The notes under the pieces: generated by a model
Database searches by the model: none
The model's input: only the letters and a program-made list of their open reading frames with translations
Told to the model about the DNA's origin: nothing
In this document: positions 20,420-30,241 of the stretch, piece after piece
Position numbering within the stretch: position 1 is the stretch's first letter
Layout: every line of letters begins with the position of its first letter
Origin: an uncultured Chitinophagaceae bacterium
GTDB taxonomy: Bacteria > Bacteroidota > Bacteroidia > Chitinophagales > Chitinophagaceae
Direction: 5' to 3'
Assembly (NCBI GenBank): GCA_963742225.1
Contig: CAVULD010000006.1
Location: forward strand, 266,841-330,840
Length of the DNA stretch: 64,000 nucleotides
Made by a program: the position numbers and the translations under genes

Positions 20420-22894
20420 ATGAAAAAAACCTTCTTTTTATTGCTGGCCGTTTGCCTTGGGCAGTGGTTCGCCGGCTACGCGCAGACGCCCGAAGCTCTC
20501 TCCAGTGCCGAAATATTTGTTCGGCTGCAAAAACTAAAGGTCCTTGGTTCAGTCCTCTACGTAGCGGCCCATCCCGACGACGAAAATACCCGATTGCTAG
20601 CGTATTTGTCCAAAGAGCGGTTATACAGGACCGGTTATTTGTCTATGACTCGGGGCGACGGTGGACAAAACCTGATCGGAGAGGAGCAAGGTGTCGAGCT
20701 CGGACTGATCCGAACGCAGGAACTTCTGGCAGCCCGTCGGATCGACGGTGCCGAACAGTTTTTTACCCGGGCTTTTGATTTTGGGTTCAGTAAATCGACC
20801 GAAGAGGCGCTGCGCATTTGGAATCGGGAGAAAATCCTGAGCGATGTGGTTTGGATGATCCGAAAATTCCAGCCCGACGTCATCATTACCCGCTTCCCGG
20901 AAGACAGCCGCGCAGGCCATGGACACCATTCTGCATCCGCCGTCCTGGCCCATGACGCTTTTGCGGCAGCTGCCGATCCCACGCGATTTCCCGAGCAATT
21001 GGCCCTTGGGCTAAAGCCCTGGCAAGCCAAACGATTGCTATGGAATACCTACAAATTTGGTGGTTTGAATACCACCAGCGACAACCAATTAAAGATCGAT
21101 GTGGGGGGCTTTAATCCGATGTTGGGGGTGAGTTATGGCGAGATGGCTGCGGAGAGCAGGAGCCAGCACAAGAGCCAGGGGTTTGGCATTCCCCGATCTA
21201 GAGGCGAAGCTATCGAATACTTTTCTCCAGTGGCTGGTGATGCCCCCACTCAGGATTTGATGGATGGGGTGGAGACTTCTTGGAGCCGAGTGCAGGGGGC
21301 GGGCCAGATAGGGCCCCTAATCGATGTTTTGATTCGGGACTATTCTCTCGGGCATCCGGAAAGGAGCGTTCCTGGACTGGTCAAACTGTACCAAGAGATG
21401 GCGCTGCTTAAGGACGGTTACTGGAAAACACAGAAGATGAAGGAGACTGCCTCGCTCATTGGCGCCTGCAGTGGTTTATGGTTGGAGGCCTGGGTCCAGG
21501 TTCCTTATGTGGCCCAGGGGGACCCCTTGGAGGTCAATATCAACGCCATTGCACGCCTGCCCGGAGACCTTGCCCTCCACAAAATCCGGGTAGACGGTTA
21601 CGACAGCTCCCTGAGCCTTCGGATGGAAGCGGACAAAAACTATTTTTTCACCACCCAGATCCAGGTCTCCAAAGAGCAACCCATTTCGCAGCCATATTGG
21701 TTGGTGCAGCCCATGTCTAGCGGATCGTTTAACGTAAGCAATCAGCAACAAATTGGCGACGCCCAGGGTAAACCAGCCTACGAGGTGGAGTTTACGGTGC
21801 GGATTGCGGGGCAAGACTTCACCTTTACACGACCGGTCCAATACAAATACTCCGATGCAGTAAAGGGAGAAATTTACGAGCCCCTTGCGGTACTGCCGCC
21901 CGTTACGGGGCAATTTGATCCAGCCTTGATAGTATTTACCTCGATCCAGGAAAAAGAATTTGGCGTCCGGGTAATCAAGCAAACTGTCCGAGACTTCCAG
22001 CCTGCAGTTTCGCTAACCCCGGCAGCCAATATCGAAGAGGTAAAGAAACCCGGCCCCCGGGAAGGTCAGCTCCTATATCAGGCTAGACCGCTGGCCAAAG
22101 AACAGCCCGTAGCATACTCGAGACTCGTTGCCGAAGTAAATGGAAATCGAGACAGCCTGCTGGACCTCAGGACGATTTCCTATCCGCATATACCGAGAAT
22201 CGATTATTTCCGTCCCGCCATCATCAAATTTGTAGCCGCAGATGTGGTTATGGTAGGGAAACGAATCGGGTACATCGAGGGTTCAGGCGACAAAGTTCCG
22301 GAGGCGTTGAATCAAATGGGCTACGATGTGGTGATGCTGAAAGAAAAGGACATCAACCTCACCACGTTGAAGCCCTTGGATGCCATCATCACCGGTGTGC
22401 GCGCCTATGACGTGCACGACTGGCTGCAGGACAAATACAGCGTATTAATGGATTATGTGCGCCAGGGAGGCAACCTGATCGTGCAATACAATCGCAACCC
22501 CGTTTTTGGCCCCCTGCGCCTCAAGACAAAAATCGGACCTTACCCATTCACCATTACCAACGTGCGGGTGACAGATGAAGAAGCCCAAGTTAATTTCCTG
22601 CTTCCTAGCCACCCGGCGCTGAACTACCCCAATAAAATTACGGACCGGGATTTTGACGGCTGGGTCCAGGAGCGAGGCATCTATTTTGCAGGCCAAATAG
22701 ATTCTGCGTATCAACCGATCTTGTCTATGAACGATCCAGGCGAACCCCCACGCAACGGAAGCCTGATAATCGCGGACTATGGAAAGGGAACATTCGTATA
22801 CACGGGATTGGATTTTTTCCGCGAACTCCCTGCGGGTGTGCCCGGTGCCTACCGCCTCATGGCCAACCTCATTGCTCTAAATCATAAACGCTAG
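20420..22894 (+). CDS. Secreted PIG-L/LmbE family deacetylase with C-terminal class I GATase-like domain
   Basis: AAHPDDE, TRGDGGQN, HGHH motifs; signal peptide MKKTFFLLLAVCLG...YAQ; C-terminal IGYIEGSGD...QGGNLIVQYN. Confidence 0.9.
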   Translation: MKKTFFLLLAVCLGQWFAGYAQTPEALSSAEIFVRLQKLKVLGSVLYVAAHPDDENTRLLAYLSKERLYRTGYLSMTRGDGGQNLIGEEQGVELGLIRTQELLAARRIDGAEQFFTRAFDFGFSKSTEEALRIWNREKILSDVVWMIRKFQPDVIITRFPEDSRAGHGHHSASAVLAHDAFAAAADPTRFPEQLALGLKPWQAKRLLWNTYKFGGLNTTSDNQLKIDVGGFNPMLGVSYGEMAAESRSQHKSQGFGIPRSRGEAIEYFSPVAGDAPTQDLMDGVETSWSRVQGAGQIGPLIDVLIRDYSLGHPERSVPGLVKLYQEMALLKDGYWKTQKMKETASLIGACSGLWLEAWVQVPYVAQGDPLEVNINAIARLPGDLALHKIRVDGYDSSLSLRMEADKNYFFTTQIQVSKEQPISQPYWLVQPMSSGSFNVSNQQQIGDAQGKPAYEVEFTVRIAGQDFTFTRPVQYKYSDAVKGEIYEPLAVLPPVTGQFDPALIVFTSIQEKEFGVRVIKQTVRDFQPAVSLTPAANIEEVKKPGPREGQLLYQARPLAKEQPVAYSRLVAEVNGNRDSLLDLRTISYPHIPRIDYFRPAIIKFVAADVVMVGKRIGYIEGSGDKVPEALNQMGYDVVMLKEKDINLTTLKPLDAIITGVRAYDVHDWLQDKYSVLMDYVRQGGNLIVQYNRNPVFGPLRLKTKIGPYPFTITNVRVTDEEAQVNFLLPSHPALNYPNKITDRDFDGWVQERGIYFAGQIDSAYQPILSMNDPGEPPRNGSLIIADYGKGTFVYTGLDFFRELPAGVPGAYRLMANLIALNHKR

Positions 22895-22909
22895 TTCTAA
22901 AATTCAGCT

Positions 22910-23071
22910 ATGCAAAAAAGAAGGGAAATAGCCATCGCACTGGCCATCATTTTGGGCCTGGTACTGGGTAGATTTATCAAGCGGCTAACCATCGGATTGC
23001 TTATTGGGCTGGCCTTGGGCTTGCTGGCTTCTTCGTTGATTTCAGGAAGAAAAAACGCGAAAAAAAATTAA
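22910..23071 (+). CDS. Small membrane protein, 53 aa (not in ORF track)
   Basis: MQKRREIAIALAIILGLVLGRFIKRLTIGLLIGLALGLLASSLISGRKNAKKN; two hydrophobic segments; starts 15 nt after the PIG-L stop. Confidence 0.7.
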   Translation: MQKRREIAIALAIILGLVLGRFIKRLTIGLLIGLALGLLASSLISGRKNAKKN

Positions 23072-23073
23072 TC

Positions 23074-23211
23074 ATGGATCCTAGACGGCACGATAGTGGA
23101 CACAAAATGGCACCCGTATTTAGGAAATGGGGCTACTGGTACTTGTTCGTTTTGGTCGTTTTGGTGCTGTTGATTGGCTTGTTTTACCTGTTTACCAAAT
23201 ATTTCTCATGA
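23074..23211 (+). CDS. Small single-pass membrane protein, 45 aa (not in ORF track)
   Basis: MDPRRHDSGHKMAPVFRKWGYWYLFVLVVLVLLIGLFYLFTKYFS; its stop overlaps the symporter start (ATGA). Confidence 0.75.
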   Translation: MDPRRHDSGHKMAPVFRKWGYWYLFVLVVLVLLIGLFYLFTKYFS

Positions 23212-24944
23212 GTTGGCCCGACTGGGTGGTGCTGGTCATCACCTTAATTGGCATCATCGCCTATGGCCTGTACAAGAGTGGGTCAACCAAAGACTTGGAC
23301 GGGTATTTCCGGTCCAACCGTTCCGTCCCTTGGGTCATCGTCCTTTTGGGAATCATGGGTACCCAAGCCAGTGCCGTGACCTTTCTGTCCGCACCCGGCC
23401 AGGCTTATACAGACGGGATGCGTTTCGTGCAATATTACTTTGGCCTGCCGATTGCGATGGTCGTGCTGTGCATAAGCTTTGTGCCAGTGTTTCGGAAATT
23501 GAAATTGTTCACGGCCTACGAATTCCTGGAAAAACGCTTTGACCTGAAGACCCGCACCTTGACTTCCCTGCTTTTTTTGCTGCAACGAGGGATCTCGACG
23601 GGTATCAGCATTTCGGCACCCTCCATTATTTTATCGGCCTTGCTGGGCTGGGACATTTTCTGGACCAATATTTTCATGGGTGGACTGCTCATCATCTATA
23701 CGGTTACCGGGGGAGCAAAGGCGGTAGCCTACACCCAACAGATGCAACTCATCATCATCGCAGCAGGCATGATCATGGCCGGTTTTATGGTGGTCCATCT
23801 ACTTCCTCCAGGAGTTGGCCTGCTGGATGCGCTGCATGTTGGTGGCAAAGCGGGCAAACTCAATGTTATCACTAGCGGCATCAAGAACCATCGCTTTGAC
23901 TGGAAGGATCAATACAATATGTTTAGTGGAATTATTGGGGGATTTTTTTTAGCCCTTTCCTATTTTGGTACTGATCAGTCCCAAGTAGGCAGGTATCTCA
24001 CCGCTAAATCAAACTCCGAAAGTCGCCTGGGGCTCCTGCTCAACGGCCTGGTCAAAGTGCCCATGCAGTTCCTAATCTTGTTGGTAGGGGTCTTGGTTTT
24101 TTCGTTTTACCAATTTGTTCCGGAGCCGGTTTTTTTCAACAATTCCCAACTGGTTCGCCTTGAACATTCCCGGTTCAAGGATTCGCTGCAGCAGCTGCAA
24201 AGCCAATATGATGCAATGCAGACCGCAAAGGTCATCCAAATGAAATCGCTAGCGGCCAATAAGGTGGAAAAAGACTCCGCCAAATGGCAGCAGGTCCGCC
24301 AGGTGCTGCAGACTTCGGAACAAAAGAAATTGCAGTATCGCAGTACCATCAAAAGATGGCTGGACGATAAACAAGTGGGCGGAGAAAGCAACGATACAAA
24401 CTATATTTTCCTGCGATTCGTAGTGGACTTTTTACCCAAAGGGCTGGTCGGACTACTCATTGCGGTCATTTTCCTAGCGGCCTGGGGCTCCATTGCGGCT
24501 GCACTGAATTCACTAGCTTCTTGTTGTGTAGTAGACTTTCATAAACGCTTTTCAAAAAAACCACTATCGAACAAAAAGGAATATGCCTTGTCGAAATGGT
24601 ATAGCTTTTTTTGGGGCCTTTTTTGCATTATCGTGGCGCAGTTAGCCTACAATATTGGCAATAGCCTGATCGAGGCAGTCAATGTACTCGGCTCCCTGTT
24701 TTATGGCGTAATGCTAGGCATCTTCCTCGTCGCTTTCTACTTAAAATCGGTAAAGGGAACTGCGGTTTTTGTGAGCGCCTTAGTGGTAGAAGCCATGGTG
24801 ATCGCCTTGCACATCTTGAATCAACGAGGGATCATTTCGCTGAGTTTTTTGTGGTTGAATCTGGTCGGAGCGGTGGGTGTCGTCCTACTTAGTGCCCTTG
24901 TGCATCAGTTCATCAAGAGAGTTGGTCCAGCCGTTTCGGCATGA
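23208..24944 (+). CDS. Sodium:solute symporter (SSS family)
   Basis: TQASAVTFLSAPG, TAYEFLEKRF, YTVTGGAKAV, GTDQSQVGRYL; start at MSWPDW (23208). Confidence 0.93.
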   Translation: MSWPDWVVLVITLIGIIAYGLYKSGSTKDLDGYFRSNRSVPWVIVLLGIMGTQASAVTFLSAPGQAYTDGMRFVQYYFGLPIAMVVLCISFVPVFRKLKLFTAYEFLEKRFDLKTRTLTSLLFLLQRGISTGISISAPSIILSALLGWDIFWTNIFMGGLLIIYTVTGGAKAVAYTQQMQLIIIAAGMIMAGFMVVHLLPPGVGLLDALHVGGKAGKLNVITSGIKNHRFDWKDQYNMFSGIIGGFFLALSYFGTDQSQVGRYLTAKSNSESRLGLLLNGLVKVPMQFLILLVGVLVFSFYQFVPEPVFFNNSQLVRLEHSRFKDSLQQLQSQYDAMQTAKVIQMKSLAANKVEKDSAKWQQVRQVLQTSEQKKLQYRSTIKRWLDDKQVGGESNDTNYIFLRFVVDFLPKGLVGLLIAVIFLAAWGSIAAALNSLASCCVVDFHKRFSKKPLSNKKEYALSKWYSFFWGLFCIIVAQLAYNIGNSLIEAVNVLGSLFYGVMLGIFLVAFYLKSVKGTAVFVSALVVEAMVIALHILNQRGIISLSFLWLNLVGAVGVVLLSALVHQFIKRVGPAVSA

Positions 24945-24947
24945 AAA

Positions 24948-24979
24948 CTTTGGCCAGCTTCTTTCTGGGCTGGCCAAAG
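24948..24979. terminator. Probable bidirectional terminator between convergent SSS and DUF2911 genes
   Basis: Perfect 11-bp stem CTTTGGCCAGC/GCTGGCCAAAG with a 10-nt loop; no long U tract. Confidence 0.55.
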
Positions 24980-24987
24980 CCATTCCC

Positions 24988-25824
24988 TTATTTAAGAGTT
25001 GCGATCAATTTTTCATTTAAGGCTACGTAATCGTCGTTTTTGGCTTCCTTAGCCAACGCAATGGACTGCTGGGCTGTTGCCACGGCTTGCTGGTTTTTTC
25101 CCAGCTTTGCCAGACATCGCGCCTTTTGGTAAAAAATGAAATACCCGGTGGGATTTTGCTCAATGGCTTTGTCAAACCAGGCCAATGCTTGGTTCAAATC
25201 TTTGCCGTTATCTAAATAATACTGAGCTGCCTGGAAATAGGGGCGATTGTCCTTATTGAGGGTATTGTCAATTTGTGCCATGATCTTACCGTCAATCTCG
25301 GTGCGAATAGGCACCGAGACTACCGTCTTATCCCATTGTAATACCAGGTCACAGGTGCTGGAGGTCACGTTCGCAAATTCGATAGTAAATGATTCTGTTG
25401 GCGTAGTCGACACTTTGGTCTTAGCTTCCACGCGAACCAGGTCTTGATCGGCATGGTAGGCCGCGGGGTTGGTCACGTCCAATTGTTTGGTGATGATAAT
25501 GGTCCAACTTTCCGGATGGGGAATCGTAAGCAATCCGTATTTGCCGGCTGGTATTTTCGTGCCTCCCATATCCACGTCGTCACCGAATTCTAGGGTTGTG
25601 GCCTGGTTGGCTCCGGTGCGCCACACTTTATCGTAGGGGACCAGATCACCGAAAATGGTTCGACCTTTCACACTCGGTCTGGAATAGCTCAACGTAATGG
25701 AAGAAAGACCGAAGTCCTGCTTCACATATTGCGGAGGGGAGGGAGCGGGGGTCTTGAGCTGCTGCGCCTTGGAGCTAAGAAAACAAAAAAATAACGCGAG
25801 CAGAATACTAGCAACTTTTTTCAT
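24988..25824 (-). CDS. DUF2911 domain protein with C-terminal TPR
   Basis: Signal peptide, SPPQYVKQDFG..YSRPSVKGRTIFG.LVPYDKVWRTGAN; helical TPR tail; TACATTTG box at 25845-25852. Confidence 0.88.
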   Translation of the reverse strand: MKKVASILLALFFCFLSSKAQQLKTPAPSPPQYVKQDFGLSSITLSYSRPSVKGRTIFGDLVPYDKVWRTGANQATTLEFGDDVDMGGTKIPAGKYGLLTIPHPESWTIIITKQLDVTNPAAYHADQDLVRVEAKTKVSTTPTESFTIEFANVTSSTCDLVLQWDKTVVSVPIRTEIDGKIMAQIDNTLNKDNRPYFQAAQYYLDNGKDLNQALAWFDKAIEQNPTGYFIFYQKARCLAKLGKNQQAVATAQQSIALAKEAKNDDYVALNEKLIATLK

Positions 25825-25900
25825 ATGTCAACAATTTTGAAACCCAAATGTACATTAATCGCGCACGCATTGAATGTTCGCTTTGCCTGGGCCTTTGCGA

Positions 25901-26689
25901 CTAATCCTGGTCCAGAAACTCCTCAATTAAGTAGGTCGCGTTAAATTTCTTCCACTGGCTGTTGGATAATGTCTCCATGGCGCCTAAATAGTCCCCATGT
26001 CCTCCTGGGAAAATAGCCAGGACGGCCTGGGGAATCAGACGGCACATGTCGACGGCGTGCTCTATGCTTCCGATATCCCTGTTGCCGTTAATGACTAGGG
26101 TCGGGAAAGGGATGGATTTTATTTGCTCGTCACTCCAACCAGCAAAGGCTTTCAATCGTTGCACGTCCTTTTGAAACATGTTCATCAGCAATTGGGGATT
26201 GTTGTTGACGGATAAAAACTCCTTGCGTAAAACTTCGGGCATGTCTTGCAGTGACATGTGGTTAAATCCATCCCAAAACATGGGGGATGCACCACTGCGT
26301 TTATATAGTGCAGAAGCTATAATCAATTTGCGTACCATGGCAGGGTGGCGAAGGGCCATTTCGATGGTCATATGGGCGCCGTTGCTGAAACCCAGGAAAT
26401 CTGCACGGCTTATGTGGAGGTTAGCCAATAGGGTAGCCACATCGTCAGCGTCTTGCGCGAAGGATAAGTCTGTATTTCGGTCATTGGTACGTCCGTGCGC
26501 CTGGAGCTCCATGGCGATTATTTTTCTGCGTTTAGCGAGCGCGGGGATAATTCTGCCGAAGGTCGTTTGGATGGTCGAGCCTCCACCATGGATTAGTACA
26601 AGGGGATCGCCTTGTCCATATAGCTCATAATACATCCTCAGTCCATTGACCGGGGAATATCCGCTCGTAAAATCGACAATGTTTGTCAT
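25901..26689 (-). CDS. Alpha/beta fold hydrolase
   Basis: LIHGGG, ELQAHGRT, GFSNG elbow, PGGH. Confidence 0.88.
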   Translation of the reverse strand: MTNIVDFTSGYSPVNGLRMYYELYGQGDPLVLIHGGGSTIQTTFGRIIPALAKRRKIIAMELQAHGRTNDRNTDLSFAQDADDVATLLANLHISRADFLGFSNGAHMTIEMALRHPAMVRKLIIASALYKRSGASPMFWDGFNHMSLQDMPEVLRKEFLSVNNNPQLLMNMFQKDVQRLKAFAGWSDEQIKSIPFPTLVINGNRDIGSIEHAVDMCRLIPQAVLAIFPGGHGDYLGAMETLSNSQWKKFNATYLIEEFLDQD

Positions 26690-26741
26690 CTCCTGCTAGT
26701 AATTCATGGTTTTTATTGGGTGGCTATTGTATAACCACTGT

Positions 26742-27644
26742 TTATTTTTTAAAGGCCGGATGAAACCGGTGCAGCGTTTCCCGCAGGAATTCCCGGTCCA
26801 GGTGGGTATAGATTTCGGTGGTCGTAATGCTTTCATGCCCCAACATCTCTTGCACCGCGCGAAGATCGGCTCCGCCTTCCACGAGGTGCGTGGCAAAGGA
26901 ATGGCGCAGAGTATGCGGCGAAATATGCTTGTCGAGATTAGCTTTTTTCACCAGGTCACGAAGAATCAAAAAAATCATAACCCGGGAGATCTTGGTGCCT
27001 CTGCGGTTCAAAAACAAGATATCTTCCTGGCCAGATTTGGCGGGGACGTGCACACGAATATGTTGTTGGTAAAGGTCAATAAATTTAAGCGCAGACCCAC
27101 CAATCGGAACAAGTCTCTCCTTGTCACCTTTGCCGGTGACCCGTATAATTCCTGCCTCGGGATATAACCCCGACATGCGCAAATTGATTACCTCGCTCAC
27201 CCGCAGCCCACAGCTGTACATCGTCTCCAGGATGGCGCGGTTGCGTCCGCCTTCGGGCGTACTGAGGTCGATCTGGGCGATGATGTGTTCAATCTCGTCA
27301 AAGGTCAACACATCGGGGAGTGTCCGGGATAGCTTGGGTGCTTCCAGCAGCACCGTGGGATCGGTCTTCACGATGTTTTCCAACAAGCAGTATTTGTAGA
27401 AGGCTCTAATGCCGGAAATCATGCGGGCTTGTGAAGTCGCGCTAATGCCCAGGTTCGTAATCCATTTCAGGAATTGCTGGAGGTCGCCTACCTGCGCATC
27501 GGCGGGCTTTTGGATCGGATGGGACATTTGCAAAAACTGCGTTAGTTTTTCGATGTCGCGGACGTAAGCTTCCACGGAATTCTCCGATAAGGATTTTTCC
27601 AGCTGGAGGTAGGCCTTGAACCCTTTTTTATACGCGTCCCACAT
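26742..27644 (-). CDS. xerD: Site-specific tyrosine recombinase XerD
   Basis: RNRAILETMYSCGLRVSE, GKGDKER, HTLRHSFATHL, LGHESITTTEIY. Confidence 0.92.
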   Translation of the reverse strand: MWDAYKKGFKAYLQLEKSLSENSVEAYVRDIEKLTQFLQMSHPIQKPADAQVGDLQQFLKWITNLGISATSQARMISGIRAFYKYCLLENIVKTDPTVLLEAPKLSRTLPDVLTFDEIEHIIAQIDLSTPEGGRNRAILETMYSCGLRVSEVINLRMSGLYPEAGIIRVTGKGDKERLVPIGGSALKFIDLYQQHIRVHVPAKSGQEDILFLNRRGTKISRVMIFLILRDLVKKANLDKHISPHTLRHSFATHLVEGGADLRAVQEMLGHESITTTEIYTHLDREFLRETLHRFHPAFKK

Positions 27645-27737
27645 CAGACAAGTTTAAAATTTAATGGTCAAACCTAAAAATTTTCTTTGCTGCCTACAGG
27701 GTTTAAGGCATATTTGCTTGTTAATACCCGGCCACTC

Positions 27738-28271
27738 ATGGTTACTGTCAATTTGCGTTCCTTTATTCTTGTCATCCGACGAAACAAACGCCGATTAAAA
27801 GGTTTTTTGACTCGCCTCCAAAAAAAGCCTCCAAGGGGCTTGGACAAGCTTGTGTTACAGGCCGATCAATCGGTATGGAAGCAAGTCAATTGCTTGGATT
27901 GTGCGAATTGTTGCAAGACAATGTCGCCAACCTATACCCGGCGGGATATCGAGCGTATCTCCAAGCATCTGGGTATGTCAGCCAAGGCCTTCCGGCAAAA
28001 ATGGCTCTACAAAGACAAAAGTGGCGACTGGTTGAACCTCAGCGAGCCATGTCAGTTTCTGGACCTCAAATCAAATAAGTGTGGAATTTATGAGCAGCGC
28101 CCCCGGGACTGCGCAGGCTTTCCGCACCACACCAAAAAGAGGATGATCGATTACATGCATGTATACAAGCAGAATATTGAATATTGCCCCGCTACATATA
28201 AACTGGTAGAACTGATCATGGAATCTTTGCACAAGCACCCGGTACAGGATAAACCGTTAGGCGACAGCTGA
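27738..28271 (+). CDS. YkgJ family Fe-S cysteine cluster protein
   Basis: CLDCANCC, PCQFLD...KCGIYEQRPRDC, YCPA. Confidence 0.85.
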   Translation: MVTVNLRSFILVIRRNKRRLKGFLTRLQKKPPRGLDKLVLQADQSVWKQVNCLDCANCCKTMSPTYTRRDIERISKHLGMSAKAFRQKWLYKDKSGDWLNLSEPCQFLDLKSNKCGIYEQRPRDCAGFPHHTKKRMIDYMHVYKQNIEYCPATYKLVELIMESLHKHPVQDKPLGDS

Positions 28272-28336
28272 GACTTCGGCCGACAACAAATGCCCTTTGC
28301 ATGTTGAACTCAAACCGACAGGGTTAAAACCCACGC

Positions 28337-29572
28337 ATGGAACTGGAAAAAAATAAGGTCTTTTGCCTCCAGGGGAAGGTGCAGCACTACAGTTGGGGAG
28401 GGACCTCCTTTCTCCCTAATTTATTGGGTGTCCCCAATCCTCAAGACCAGCCCTTTGCCGAATATTGGCTGGGTGCACATGAACTGGCTGAATCCGAAAT
28501 CCAGATGCCAAATGGAGACTTCGTGAAACTTGGCACCTACATCAAATCCTTTCCCCTACAGACACTGGGAGCCGATGTCGCCCAACGATTCGGCAGATTG
28601 CCGTATCTGCTGAAGATACTTGACGTGCGCGATATGCTGTCCATTCAAGTTCATCCTTCGAAGAAATCGGCGGAGATGGAATTTGAGGTCGAAAACGCCA
28701 GGGGTGTACCCGTTGGAGCTCCCGAGCGTAACTACAAGGACGATAACCACAAGCCTGAACTGATGATGGCCCTGGGAGAATTTTGGCTGCTGCATGGATT
28801 CAAGACCAAAGCCCAGATTGAATCTACCCTGCTGCAGACTCCAGAGCTCACCTTCCTATGGCCAGCCTTTCAAAAAGGTGGCTATCAATTGCTCTATGCA
28901 ACGGCCATGCAAATGGAGCAGTGGCAAGTCAATGAGGCCTTGAAACCCATCTTGGATAGGACCCTGCCAGCTTACCAGGCGAACCGGCTCGATAAGAATA
29001 AACCCGACTTTTGGGTGGCGCGCGCGGCCCTGACACATGGCAGTTCTCTAGGCATCGACCGCGGGATTTTTTCCATATATTTTTTTAATCTGGTCCATCT
29101 GCGAGCGGGGGAGGCTGTTTTCCAGGACGCGGGCGTCCCTCATTCCTATTTGGAGGGTCAGAATATTGAGATCATGGCCAACTCCGACAACGTCCTACGC
29201 GGCGGGCTTACCGCCAAACACGTGGATGTGCCGGAATTGCTTAAACATGTGAGGGGGGAAGAAACCAAGCCTCGGAAGATTGTGGGGAAAAACACCGCTC
29301 CGCACCTGTCTGTGTTTACCACTCCGGCACCGGATTTTGAGTTGAGTATGATTGGCTTAAAATCGGGAGAGCAAATTTTCTTAACTGCACGCTCCAGCGA
29401 AATCTATTTAGTTCTTCAAGGCGAGATCGGCTTGGAAGAAAACTCCTCCAACGGATTTTCTCGTCATAGCGGCCAGGCCTGGGTCAGCTTTCATGAAGCT
29501 ACCTTCACCCTAAGGGCGACAACCGATGCGCAAGTCTGTCGGGCAAGCATCCCTGGCTCGCATGGCTTGTAG
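28337..29572 (+). CDS. manA: Mannose-6-phosphate isomerase, class I
   Basis: YSWGG, AEYWLGAH, LSIQVHP, NHKPE, PHSY, ANSDNVLRGGLT. Confidence 0.95.
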   Translation: MELEKNKVFCLQGKVQHYSWGGTSFLPNLLGVPNPQDQPFAEYWLGAHELAESEIQMPNGDFVKLGTYIKSFPLQTLGADVAQRFGRLPYLLKILDVRDMLSIQVHPSKKSAEMEFEVENARGVPVGAPERNYKDDNHKPELMMALGEFWLLHGFKTKAQIESTLLQTPELTFLWPAFQKGGYQLLYATAMQMEQWQVNEALKPILDRTLPAYQANRLDKNKPDFWVARAALTHGSSLGIDRGIFSIYFFNLVHLRAGEAVFQDAGVPHSYLEGQNIEIMANSDNVLRGGLTAKHVDVPELLKHVRGEETKPRKIVGKNTAPHLSVFTTPAPDFELSMIGLKSGEQIFLTARSSEIYLVLQGEIGLEENSSNGFSRHSGQAWVSFHEATFTLRATTDAQVCRASIPGSHGL

Positions 29573-29662
29573 CCAGCCTAGGTGCTTGTTATCCACCCCC
29601 CTTATGTGCATTATTGGCCCGATGCAATTGGTTTTTTTGAATTATTTTTGACTTCCCAAACA

Positions 29663-30241
29663 ATGTATATGAAATGGAATAAATCCCTAATCTGGTCTAT
29701 TGGACTGCTGGTCTTGGTCGCCGCACTGTATCGCATTATTCCCGGCAGACCTCCGGGTTTTGCCCCGCAATTGGCAATGGCAGTATTTGCTGGGGCCATC
29801 ATTAAAAATAAAAAGTGGGCATTTTTAATGCCTATCCTGTCCATGTTTATCAGTGACCTATGCTATCAGCTGCTGTTTCTGGGCGGGATTTCCTCTCGGC
29901 CGGGGTTTTATGAGGGGCAATGGCAAAATTACCTCTTGTTTGGGCTGATGGTTGTGATTGGCTTCGCCATAAAAAAAGCCTCTGTGCTCAATGTGCTGGT
30001 ATGTTCGCTTGTGGCTCCCACGGTCTATTTTATTCTGTCCAACCTGGTCTTGTGGGCTGGATGGACGGGTACCCGGGGACTTGGACGTCCAAAGACCTGG
30101 GATGGTCTGCTGCTGTGCTTTAATGACGCCCTGCCTTTCTATCTCAACAGTCTGTACGCTACGCTGGTTTTTAGTGTCTTGCTCTTTGGATCTTATTACC
30201 TGCTTCGAAAAAATAGCGCACAAACCGTGGCTACACTATAG
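29663..30241 (+). CDS. DUF6580-type putative membrane transport protein (ECF S-component-like)
   Basis: RIIPGRPPGFAPQLAMAVFAGA, multi-TM. TATTTTTG box at 29643-29650 supports a start at 29663 or 29669. Confidence 0.7.
   Translation: MYMKWNKSLIWSIGLLVLVAALYRIIPGRPPGFAPQLAMAVFAGAIIKNKKWAFLMPILSMFISDLCYQLLFLGGISSRPGFYEGQWQNYLLFGLMVVIGFAIKKASVLNVLVCSLVAPTVYFILSNLVLWAGWTGTRGLGRPKTWDGLLLCFNDALPFYLNSLYATLVFSVLLFGSYYLLRKNSAQTVATL

Noticed and set aside
26742-27644. Tyrosine recombinase as a possible integrase or mobile element
   Set aside because: Sequence and length match housekeeping XerD; no att repeats, tRNA target or cargo genes; no dif-like site recognised nearby.
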